From Bugula neritina (taxonomy: Eukaryota; Animalia; Bryozoa): a DNA stretch of 64,000 nt. Under the pieces are notes generated by a model, which saw only the letters and a list, made by a program, of their open reading frames with translations, did no database searches and was not told where the DNA came from. The stretch covers positions 12,616,633 to 12,680,632 of the forward strand of contig OZ037769.1 in the NCBI GenBank assembly GCA_964035545.1, given 5' to 3'. Shown piece after piece: positions 35,475 to 46,840 of the stretch. The translations under genes and the position numbers were made by a program. The stretch's first letter is position 1; each line of letters begins with the position of its first letter.

Positions 35475-36861
35475 TACAAAATTGCAACGTACATATCTGC
35501 AAATAACTGATTATAAAATTACTTAAACATTTAGGCAGCACTATAAAAACTTGCTTGCATGGTTATATCAATCTATCTTTTACAGCCAACTCAATTACTA
35601 AGGATCATATAGGTAAATTAAACATTTATTCTGCAATGAGTCATCAAGAACTACTTATAAAATAACAATTATAATGTTGTATTATTGACTTAATCGATGC
35701 CCTGGTGCGTGTTACATTAAAAATGTATTGAAAAAATATTTTATATTTAATTGCATGACTGCATTATAATGTCTTGTAGTTTTCGGTGTTCAATTAAAAA
35801 TTAGCACGCATATATTTTTTTAATAAGCTCAGAGTTGAATAGTGCATTACTACTACTATAGAATTGCTTAACCAGTTTTTAAAAGATGCAAGTCAATATA
35901 ATATATAAAGATACCACTTGAATCACCAAAGAGCTAGCTAGCCTATTATGTTATACCAACTACTGCATACCAGAACTGAGGCTACAAAAGTATGATATCC
36001 ACCAAACTAATTAGTAACCTGAGAACTAGTAATGTGATTAGGTTGTTTATCATGAATATATAACATAAATATAGGTAAGAAAGTAGGCTCGATGGGCATA
36101 CTTGGAAAATATCAATGTACTGCAGAGGTAATATATCTATATATATATATATATAATATATATATATATATTGAGGATATTTATATGCACTTATAATTAT
36201 TATGTAATGATAATGCATATACTTATACCCTATTTATCACCTTTGATTTTAATCCAACCTTTGACCGCTGACCTCAGCCCGGGTACAAACTACTCAAAGA
36301 TGATCAGCAGCTATAAATAGACCTGTAGATATTGTACTGTTGTTATTCTAAACGTGGATAGTAAACTGTAACTATGTTATAATATTATATTTACTTAAAA
36401 TAAACCTATTCGAGGAGTGCCTTGCTATATTGGAGTTGCCTTGATTGGAAAACATACATTACATTGGAGTTGTATTCCACTGAATAGTAAGTTTGGATAT
36501 CTAGAGCAGAAAATATTGTTATATATACGTAATGCTATATTTACTATAATATTATGTACTGTAGATTTTGCAAGGAAAATGTAAATTAATGAGTTTAGAT
36601 GCCAATATAATAACAATATATAATATACACAGACAAAATTGTAACAAAAACAGTAATGTTAGTATAACATAATGATTATTATCATATAAAGTTCAACAGA
36701 TGGTGGAATTAGAGGATGAAAATGTACGCAATCACTTATAAATAGCGAGAAGTCAGCATATACTATATTCAATCGTAAAATATTTAAATTTTGATGCTTC
36801 TTTAAAGTTTTTGAAGCTGGAATTTGTGCTATGTTTAAGTTTGCTATGAGGCCCTCTGCTA

Positions 36862-37014
36862 GAGTTGTTCTATATAAGCAGCTCCGAGTTGGGGGTGATT
36901 GAATGCAATAGTGTAAGGTTCTCAAGTTTGGAGTTGGGGTTTGTTGACACTCAAGAACCCGCAAACCTCTGCACTCAGTAACCCCCCAACTTCAAGCTGC
37001 TTATAGAACAATTC
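36862..37014. mobile_element. Mutator-like MITE family A
   Basis: Family TIRs; degenerate 9-bp TSD CCTCTGCTA/AGTCTGCCA. Confidence 0.8.
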
Positions 37015-37259
37015 AGTCTGCCAATTATTTTTCTAGACATAGTATATCATTATACTTATAGTGCTTATTACTTCATAATTATAATATATACTTCTACTCA
37101 CTTAAGTGGTCTAATTTCTACAAATTACAAAACTTATTAGGTTAATTTTACCAACAATGTTTTTTGTAATCTTTTTATGGAATTTTTAACGTAGTCAAGA
37201 TGCTATAAAGTATCAATTATGAAACTTTATACAATATAACAATTGTACCCGCTTTAAAA

Positions 37260-37470
37260 ATCAACCAGATTTTGATTGGCTGATCGAGGCTTGATACTAA
37301 AATGTAGCGAGCCAAACGCAATTTTTTTTCAGCTTTCAATTTAGAAACAATCTGACTCGGAGGCTATGTGTTTGTGAATTGCATTCAGTTTACTTTTAGT
37401 CAACTTTCAAATGGAGGATTACATATTTTGTCGAAAAAATAGTTTGAACGTGCTGAATAATGACTGCTGT
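37260..37470 (+). promoter_or_regulatory. Putative TMEM68 promoter and non-coding first exon
   Basis: Local CpG enrichment, inverted CCAAT (GATTGG), TAGCGAGCCAA motif shared with 55865, possible donor near 37469. Confidence 0.35.
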
Positions 37471-39220
37471 AAATTTTTATATTTTAAAATTATATAAAAT
37501 AGCTTTAAACATGTGCAATCTGTCTACCCCAAAGTATTATGATAATATTCATATTGATATTCATATTGACTATTGAGTCATATTGATTATTGATATTCTC
37601 TTACCCTTACTCGTAGTCATATGTCTTATCAGTTAATGTTATCATCATCACTATCAGTATCAGTTATAAGTTAATGTTATCAGTATGAGCATCACTATCA
37701 GTACGACTATGAGTATAACTATCAGTATCAGTTATATCATAGCAGTTAATGTTATGTCTTATGACCTAAGGCATTTCTTATGAGTTGTGAGACTCATGGC
37801 TCAGACTGAGCAGGCTATGATATTGATATTGAAATTGAATATGAGTATCAGTATGAGTATCTCTTAGTCTCTCACTTCAGCTTGAGTTTCACAATCACAT
37901 TCGCTGACAGTGACGGATTTTTATTTTAAAGTTAATTATAAAGATAATCATAATGATAAAACTAAAACATAACACTTAATCTTAACACTAACACCAACCG
38001 GGATAATGATTATGATATATTTTTATGTTTAAAATTATTTTTCTAATAATAGTTTTAGTTAGCTATTACTGACACAAACAGAAACGAATTGTTAAAACTA
38101 ACAATTGATTTTATTTTTGTTACCATTGCTATGTATTTATACTGTAGCCTACATATTATGTTACCTTGGTTTATTGTATGCAATTTATTGACTAACTAGA
38201 CTTATGGCTAAGAAGGCAGGTTTTCTGTTGTATTTAACTCTGCCTTAGAGAAAATTTAATTTTGTTGCACTCACAATTAATGTAAGTACAAGTAATAGTT
38301 GAAGTTTACAGTATATTAGTATGTTATCAGTTTCAAGATTAATGAAGCGTATTAGCGTTGTTATATTACCATATTATGGAAGCTTATTAAGGAACACTCA
38401 ATGTTGGATTAGAGATGTTCCAGTTTTTGTTATAAATCATAATTAATATTAAAAAAGTTTACTAGCCTATAGTTGTACTAAAAGAAATTGAAACCGGCAC
38501 GTTTAAAATGAAACTTTTTCAATAAGGTTTATTTAAAAGAGCTTTTTAAAAGTTTTTCATAATTTATTTTAAATTTTGTATTTTGTTAATATTCTGGTAT
38601 GCGTCTGAGTACCATCTTGAGAGCAGATAGTTTTTCTCATACAATTTGAGCTTGCTAGTAGCTAAATATTTATGAAATTACAAAATCATAAATGAACAAC
38701 TGCTCAACATTTTATTTTTTTTCTCAGTGTGAACTAACAGGATGTTTTTGTTTGATTCATTAGGAATGTAGGGCGTTACAGTAAAAATTTCCAGTGTTGA
38801 AAAAAATTAGTATGATTTTATCATTAAGATGAGTTTTGTTGACGTGCTTTAATTGTCAGCTGTAGAGCACAATAGATTGATAAGGTTGTTTTTGCTGGTA
38901 TGATGGTTATTTTGTTTAGCCACCTAGTGGATAAGGGTTAATTTTGCTAAGTGAGTTGGTACTGTAACCCAGTGATAGTATACACAGTTACTTTTCGTTG
39001 TGTATATCTAACATTAAGCAATTTCGTTGTGTATATCTAACATTAAGCAATTGCATGCATAATTTTTTTGGCCTTTGTCAAACCTTATCAGCATTAAAGG
39101 GTCATTTATTTTAATTGTTTTTACTACCAAATTAAGTTCTCGGTTTTAAAGGCTATTGCGATTTTGACCAACTTTACTCCTTTCTGGAAAGTTCTTCATG
39201 TATTTCTGTCAGTTATCCAA

Positions 39221-42200
39221 ATGAGTCATTGCTGCAATGAAAGCTTGTTAACTGAGAAGACCTTGAACTCTGTGTGCATGCAGATAGTTGAGAATATGAT
39301 GGAATCGATCAGCTTGCTGTATTATTTTATATTAGGTAAGTTGCTGCTTTTATCTATTATGAAGCTCAATCATAGGTAGGTGTAGTAATGGAGAAATTAA
39401 AAAAAGCCTGTGTTCTAGATTAAAAATCTATCAGAAGAAGTTATGTTCTCGCGAGAATTTTAACCTGCGCCCCAAACCAAAATTTAATATTAAAATTAAA
39501 GAACTTAGGCTATCTCAAGTTCTCCACTACTACTCCTAAATAGTTTTTACAACAAATAAACATTCACGTGGATTTATAGTCACAATCCTTGGGAGAAATA
39601 CTCATGGAGCATTTTTTTTGTCAAGCAAGCTAAGAACATGTTTTATATAATGGCAAAGGAACAATTATGACTGGATGCACCTCCTAACATTACCGATAGT
39701 CTTTATTGGGATTCAAATCACTGACCTCATGTTTACTAAACCAGTGCTGTAACCACTAGGCCACAGCTGCTCTCTAGGTTATACAATAAATGATTAACAT
39801 GTTTCGGTAAACTATAATTACCGTGTTGGGCTGGTCATAGTGATCGTATTTTATTTGTCATCTTTGCTGTTGAGTCTTTTTATTATTTTGTGAATTATAC
39901 AAACTAAAACTAAATAATGTTTTTGTGTTGGTTTAATTTGACGAAATGTTCATTTGATGTGCCTTGAATTGTAGGCACACTTTTAATTAAATTTTCTAAA
40001 AATCGGGTTTTATATGAATTTGCTGAACAAGTTTCTATTTTTCATCACTTATTGCACTCATGTGAGGATAAATCTACTTCTCTTTTTATTAAACATTTAA
40101 GAAAATAGTTAAGTATATTTGTTATGTAAAACTATCTGTAGATGAGACACATTCCCATTACACATGGTTGGTAGGAGACGTGTTGGGGCTCGACCCAAAC
40201 CTCATACTTGAGTACCTGTCGCTAATATTCTGGCCTGCGCTCATCTTCCTCATACTTCCTGTCGTGATGCTCGTCTTGATATACGCCTCCGCACTCTTTC
40301 TCACTGTCTACAAGTGGAGAAGTAGGCTACATGAAGCTTATCATAAAGATTTCTGGGACGGGGCTAGACACACCCTCGCTGTGTTGTGGGAGGCTCAAGC
40401 TACAATATGGCATGGTACAAAGGCTAAACTGTGTTGCCTAGTAGTTATTTCGACTGCTGATTTATGTATAGTAATTTGAGAATAAGTTGACCAATAATTT
40501 GCCTAAGAGAGACTGCAGGTGACTGCGGTTCCATTGTCTCTGCGAGTGGATGCTCCTACGATGAATTTGTGATTGCGGTTTGCATTAACTTATGGCTGTG
40601 GTTTCATTTGATGCAACTGTTCGCAAACATTGAAGGAAAAATCTATTCGGGTAATGCTAAGTAATGGAACCGCAGTGATAGAAGTTCAATTTGATTTCAT
40701 TTGTTGCTATGAGTTTTTCAGCTTCTCTTTACTCTTTACTGTATGTTTACTATTTAGATTTAGGTAGAGTGCAGCTAACTTTCTGGATACTCAATATACC
40801 GAACTCGTGTTTCGTGCACTGTCACAGTTACTATTTACTCTTCTGTCCAATAGGATATGATGTCATAGGCCTAGAAAATATCCCCAAAGATGGTCCAGCA
40901 CTTCTAATATACTACCACGGCGCAATTCCACTGGACATGTACTATCTTATCGCTAAAATATACCTTTATAAAAAGAGACTTATTCATCCAATAGGAGACA
41001 AGTGTTTGTTTTATATTCCTGGTGAGTGACAGCTGCTATATGAGTGGTGATTGTTTGGTAAGTGACAACCTTTCTCTATACTATGTAGTAGGATTTATTG
41101 TGTGTAGAACTTATTTTTTTCATTTTTGAATATTCATACTTTTGATGGAATTTAAAAAAAAAATATTTGAAAATATTTAAAGTCCTGTCTCACCTAACTT
41201 GAGATCTATTCAAGTGTGACTTGAATAACTCAGATAGGACTAGGATACCTCAGATCTATTCAGGTACTGCTTAAATGCCTCAGGTCTATTTAGGTGTGAC
41301 TTGAATAACTTAAGTATACCCAGATATGACTTTAGTACCTCAGGTTAACTCAGGTATGGTTTCATTTCTATACCTTTTGCTTCAGGTTTCCAGTTGCTGA
41401 TGAAAGTGTTTCAAGTCCAGCCTGGCACCAGGGAAAGCTGCACAAAGTTATTGCAGGTGCTTTCTATTCATTACACAGTGCATTGTGTAGAGTTGTGTGG
41501 TTGTGAGAATTTACTTTCCGACATCTCATTATGTAACCTACTCCAAATATGATGCTTCCCTTTAACTTTCTTCAGTCTTTACATAGCACCAGGCAGCACC
41601 CAATCAAACTAATAAAAAAAAAATACTTTTGATTTTTTAACTATTAAATTGTTAATGTAAGTCACATTTGATAATTTATCACCTAAATTTTAGATGTAAA
41701 TTGTTTTGATTAGTTTTTTGTTTTCTTTGAGAAGCATCAACATATCTCCAGCTAGCTTAGCCTACTGATCTTAATTTGGGCAGTGAATATGATCAGGGTT
41801 GATCAGTATTACTCTCTCATATTGGTTAGGTCTAACTAGAACCTCATATTATTATATTGTTGTGAACTGTTTCACAAGCAGTGCTTATTTCTGTAGTTTC
41901 GTTGCATAACGTTGATTTGTATTGCTTTAGGAAGGGGAGATAATTTCTATAGCACCTGGAGGTATTCGGGAAGCTCTATTTAGTCATAACTATGAACTGA
42001 TGTGGAACAGGAGAGAAGGGTTTGCTAAAGTAGCTTTAGACAGTAAAGCTGTGAGTATACGTAATAGTCTGTATATTTGTCTCTAATTTATACAAGGAAT
42101 TCTCATCCCTTTCAAAAGAGCTTTATCAGCTTTATAATTTTCTTAAATAAACTTTCATTTCAAGTAATGTTTGTCTTAGTAACTGGGGAATATTAAAAAA

Positions 42201-45200
42201 GTTTTTTTTTCTTAAAATTGAGTCATTCCTTCAGTTTTCAAAGTAGTGGGCGTGTTAATTTTTTCTCAGTCTGTACAAGTACGTGATTTAGTCCAACTGA
42301 GTTTAAATAATAATATTCCTTATCATATACCATATGCCAATTATTATTGTATATCCTATAGTTACGCTAATTATTGCCATGTTATTATCTTGTTACATAA
42401 TATAGCTTGTTATTAGGTTTGTATCTGATATGTTTTGTAGCCTATAATCCCAATATTCACTAAAAACTCCAGACAAGCCATCAACACTTTATCCTATGGC
42501 CACAGTAAGTAACACACACTATAATAATCAGTTCACTGCAACAAGCCGGCCACGCTGTTTACATGTTTGCCTTCTCCAGCATATTCCACACAACTACCTA
42601 GCAACGCCAGCCAGCTCTTGTGTGTGGTCACTTGGCTATTATTATACAGGTAGGTGCAGTAATGGAGAAATTGAGAAAAGCCTGTGTTCTAAATTAGAAA
42701 TGTAGTGAAAGAAGTTATGTTCTCGCAAGAATTTCAACCCACGCCCAAAGCGAAATCTATACAGAAATTTGAAGAACTTAGGCTATCTCAGTTTCTCCAC
42801 TACTGCACCTAAATGTTATTATAAAGGTCTGCAGGATAAAGCCACCAGTTAAGGCTACTTGCTGAGGAATTGAAACTTTTTGCTTTCAATTTAAATGCTA
42901 AAACCTGCCTTTTATCGTTACTTTTTCCTTGAGAAATAGCAGTTTTAAGTTTTCTTACCTGCTTGTCACGTTATCCCATTCTGTTTTCATTATCTAAAGT
43001 ATATTCCACAATACCTCATGGTTAATGCTGTCGATGTTGTAACAGGTATTTGTATACCGGCAGCTGATCAACTGTGAATCTCAAACTCAGACTAAGCTAT
43101 TGTTATTAGTTACATAGTCACTTTGAATATGCTTTCACTGTAAGGGTAACATACTAATTGTAATAAGTTGAGCTTTGGAGTTGCTCCCCCTTCTTAGGGT
43201 GCTACTGCCATTACAGAGTAAGCGTAGGGCCACTTGACGAGTTCTTACACATTTGTGACGTGCGAGAAAACCCGTTTAGACATGCCACACACAATGCGTG
43301 TGTTGCGAGTAAGGAACTTTATTAGCTAATGATGTTAGCGTTAAACTTTACTGCTCGCCTACAGACGTTTATTTATAAAACTACGTCATCGGCAAAGTGA
43401 CTTTAGATATTATAAAAGCGGAAATGCAAAATATATGAAACTGTTTTAATTCCGTTTGCTAAAAGCTAAAACGTAAATTGAAATAAAAAAAGTGTGCTCG
43501 CTAAATGATAATGAGCCAATTAGATCAAACACGCACAAGCTTGCCGCACTTCTCGCTCAGCATGTTAGAAGCGTGAAAATCCCGCTTATGGCGTCCCATT
43601 TTCGGGCTAAACGGGTTTTCTCGCACATTACGAACGTGGCCCTACAATTATGCTTTATATTGTTTATTAAAATCTAAATTAGTATAAATAATTCTTTTCT
43701 ACTTTTAGACATACTTCGTAGTTTCTATGAAAAGACCAGATGGCCACTAGCAATATATTACGGACTTTTTCCAGTCAAACTAAAGTATGTATGCAGTAGT
43801 TTATTATGAATGGGCAATGCAGTAGTTGTAGTATTATTGACAACATTAGCTGAAGTAGCTGAGAGACATGAATAGTTTATATTTGTTTACCTATATGGTA
43901 TATAAAAGTTTTGGGTATGGGGACTGATTTCAAAACTTTTTTGCGAAAATGTTTCGTCAGAACACCGGCTTTTTAAGTTGTCTGCACTTTCTTGCGATCT
44001 TCTATTGTTGTATGCTTAGCATAAGTAACCTTTAAGTATTATGTAAGTAGGTAAGTAAGTAGTAAGTATCCAAGTAAGGAAGTATTAAGTAAGTACGTAG
44101 TAAGTTAATAGTAGGCAGATGGCAGTAGAGTAAGGCCTTGAAAACCAGCTTTCAGTATGATTATTGAGTGCATGAATTCAGTAAAAGGAACTGGTAGCTA
44201 ATTGACTGAAATTTGGCCAATTGGATTGCATTACACACATTAGGTTGGTCGACAGTCTAAGCAATGTGAACAAATGAGTCCTTGTGGGAACAACTCCAAC
44301 ATTGGTGTATTAAAACTGATTGAGATATGGGGGTTGAGTTATTAAGGCAACTTTGTCAAAGTCAACTGCAGTCATTATTCTTATAGTAATACACTGCGTT
44401 TCCAAGCTTCAGGTTAGGCGAATGGAGTTTTCGTTTTGGTTAAAAACAGTTGCTTCAACTAATACCAAAACCATAAGTTGATGCAAACCGCAACCACAAA
44501 TTCATTCGAATAATGTGAAGCCATGGAAACGAGGTGATAAAAATGAAAACTCAAAACTTAGAAAAGTTTTAAAAGACAAATCATTTAAGTTATATATCTG
44601 ATTGAACCGTGTGTTATATCCCATCCTCTACTTCACTGTTAGACAGTTCAATCTCGTAGCTGTTGTAGAACATATATTGGTAAACCCATCCTCACAGAAG
44701 ATTCCGGAATGTCTCCTGCTCAGCTCTCTATCAAGGTCAGCTTTGTTTATATAGTTGTCATTTTCTCATTGTGCATGTGCTTTAGAAACAGAAAGTAGAA
44801 TTGCCCATTTAGCATCATGTTGCTAAATGATACCTAAATTGTAAATAATACATATTTTTGATATTTTGCTTTCATGTATCATAGTATTGTTTTTTGGAGC
44901 CGAAAGTTTCTTTATAAAGTAAAACTGTTGAAGTCGAAAAATCTTTAGATGGAAATACATTTCCTGTTATAATATGTAGCCACTGTAACTGTATTCAAAC
45001 CTTTCACATTTTAACATATTTGTGTAAGTTTAAAGAGTCTTTGATACGGTCAATTAAGCAATGTTAAATTATTCACATATATCTTGGCTATCAGCTAAAT
45101 ACATTTTTAGGGCAGTATGCTCAAGCATATTAGTTTTATAATAATTCTTGTGTATAAATGTTTTGAATTAACTCGAGATGACGGCTTTCTTGCTGATAAT

Positions 45201-45433
45201 GTTGCCGTTATACTCCATGTCGGAGGTATTATAGACTGATACTAATTATTGTGACAAAGACTAAAAGTATTCATTCGAACCATCAGCCTTTATACATCAA
45301 ATCAAAATACTCTAAACTGACTTTGTATTATATTTATATTACACAGGTGCATGAAGCTGTAGAGCTACTTATATCTAAACATCAAGGAAATTCCAATAGT
45401 ATCCTAATGGCTTTACTAGAAAGGTTTTTATAA
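39221..45433 (+). CDS. TMEM68: Transmembrane protein 68 (acyltransferase, DIESL), about 346 aa; exons 39221-39335, 40142-40414, 40854-41021, 41386-41456, 41931-42050, 42441-42504, 43709-43784, 44669-44735, 45347-45433
   Basis: DFWDGAR, IWHGY, GPALLIYYHGAIPLD (HxxxxD), APGGIREALF, GFAKVA, PIIPIFTKN, FPVKLKTYIG, ALLERF; all phases fit. Confidence 0.93.
39377..39538. mobile_element. MITE family C
   Basis: Family TIR and body. Confidence 0.8.
39563..39772 (-). mobile_element. SINE family 1
   Basis: Family similarity. Confidence 0.8.
40521..40678. mobile_element. MITE family B
   Basis: ACTGCGGTTCCATT...AATGGAACCGCAGT TIR. Confidence 0.75.
41198..41360. repeat. Degenerate minisatellite, unit about 30 bp
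   Basis: Recurrent CTCAGRTCTATTYAGGTGTGACTTGAATAA. Confidence 0.65.
42647..42815. mobile_element. MITE family C
   Basis: Best-preserved TIR: TAGGTGCAGTAATGGAGAAA / TTTCTCCACTACTGCACCTA. Confidence 0.85.
43222..43647. mobile_element. PIF/Harbinger-like MITE related in its ends to the 31194 element
   Basis: GTAGGGCCAC...GTGGCCCTAC ends; internal inverted GTGCGAGAAAACCCGTTTAG; TAA/TTA flanks. Confidence 0.7.
44391..44537. mobile_element. MITE family B (reverse orientation)
   Basis: Reverse complement of the 40521 core. Confidence 0.7.
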
Positions 45434-46840
45434 CTCTGATGAATGGCTTTGGGATAGCCTCGATAATCTAAATTCACAGTTGGATGAAGGGGGCAGGGTA
45501 TTTGCCTGAAACATTTGTGTGAATTATAAATTTATACGACTTCATATCTGACAACTCATTACTGTTAAGTAATGACTTGAGAGTGCAAAATCATCTGCTG
45601 CCTTCAAAGTGTTGCTTCTACTTTTCAGATTGATTTGTGTAGCACTTTTTCATGTGTAGGCTTTAACTTTATCACTATTTCAAATCTTTGTTAGTAAAAT
45701 GGTGTTGAAAATGTTGATATTAATTAAAGGTTAGAGTTGCATTGTGTTCACACATGAGTGTATTATTATGCATGTTGAGGTAATTTAAAAATAAGTTTCT
45801 GATTTATGATGATAAAACAGGTGCACTGGATATCTTTTAATACTACCAAATCATTTTTTGTTACTAGTTTATTGTTGTAGCTGTATTTTGACTATCACTT
45901 ATGTTATATTTTCTCTATTTACTCAATCTTATCTGAAATTTTCCAAAGTCAGCAAGCTGTGCTTGAATAACTGTACTCTTCTTTTCTGATGTTTCTTTGC
46001 TGCAAGTTATACAATAACATACAATGTTAGGTTCCCAATTTTTTCTTCAATTTCCTTCTCAAGGTCAAAGGTAATCCCACTGTATTGCTATCATCCTACT
46101 AAAATGGAATATTGCAGTTATTTTTATCTAGTCGAGTTATTGCTAATCCTCACCTTCACTATTTATATATACAATCTCGGTTTATTTATTTATTTGTATT
46201 TATTTGTTTTTGTATACTTTCCTGTGACGTATATTTGATATGTGAAATAAACTAGGCAGAAAGAAGATATCGTGTTTTGTTTTCTGCCGCTTCAGTGATA
46301 TTTAACTACAAAGCTGTAATGATCTTTAATCCCTTTTAATTTAAATTTTTCATGTTTTCAGCTTTATCAACATGAGATGACATTGAAGCCAACAGTGCGC
46401 TATGAAACAGCAACATCTCTGTTTTGTACAATACTAACAAATACAAGGTCTTAAAGTATAGCATACCATTATTGCTTTAATTATTGCTACACTGATTCAA
46501 ATAGATTAAATCTCAACTAACTTGTATATTTACATGAACTTAGTGCTATCATGTATTATATAAACCTAAGCAATTGCCTCAACATGCACAAATTGTTCCA
46601 ACATTTACAAGAAAAAAATATTACAGGTATAACTTTATAAAAACCTTATTCACCATGACAACAGATGATAAATAAGTTACTTTCCAAAAAATGATTTTAA
46701 AAGGCACATAATATTTTAGTTTGCCAAATTGGGAAACCTGAAAGAAAGCATAAATCCAAAAACATGAAATATAATTACAGAGACAAGGGAAGACAACACT
46801 ATATACAGATTGCTTAGTAGTGAGAGTGTTAGAGTATAGA

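Noticed and set aside
36259-36323. Isolated AG...GT-bounded segments (36259-36323 minus, about 34476-34550 plus) as possible non-coding exons
   Set aside because: No phase or homology constraint to test them; needs transcript data
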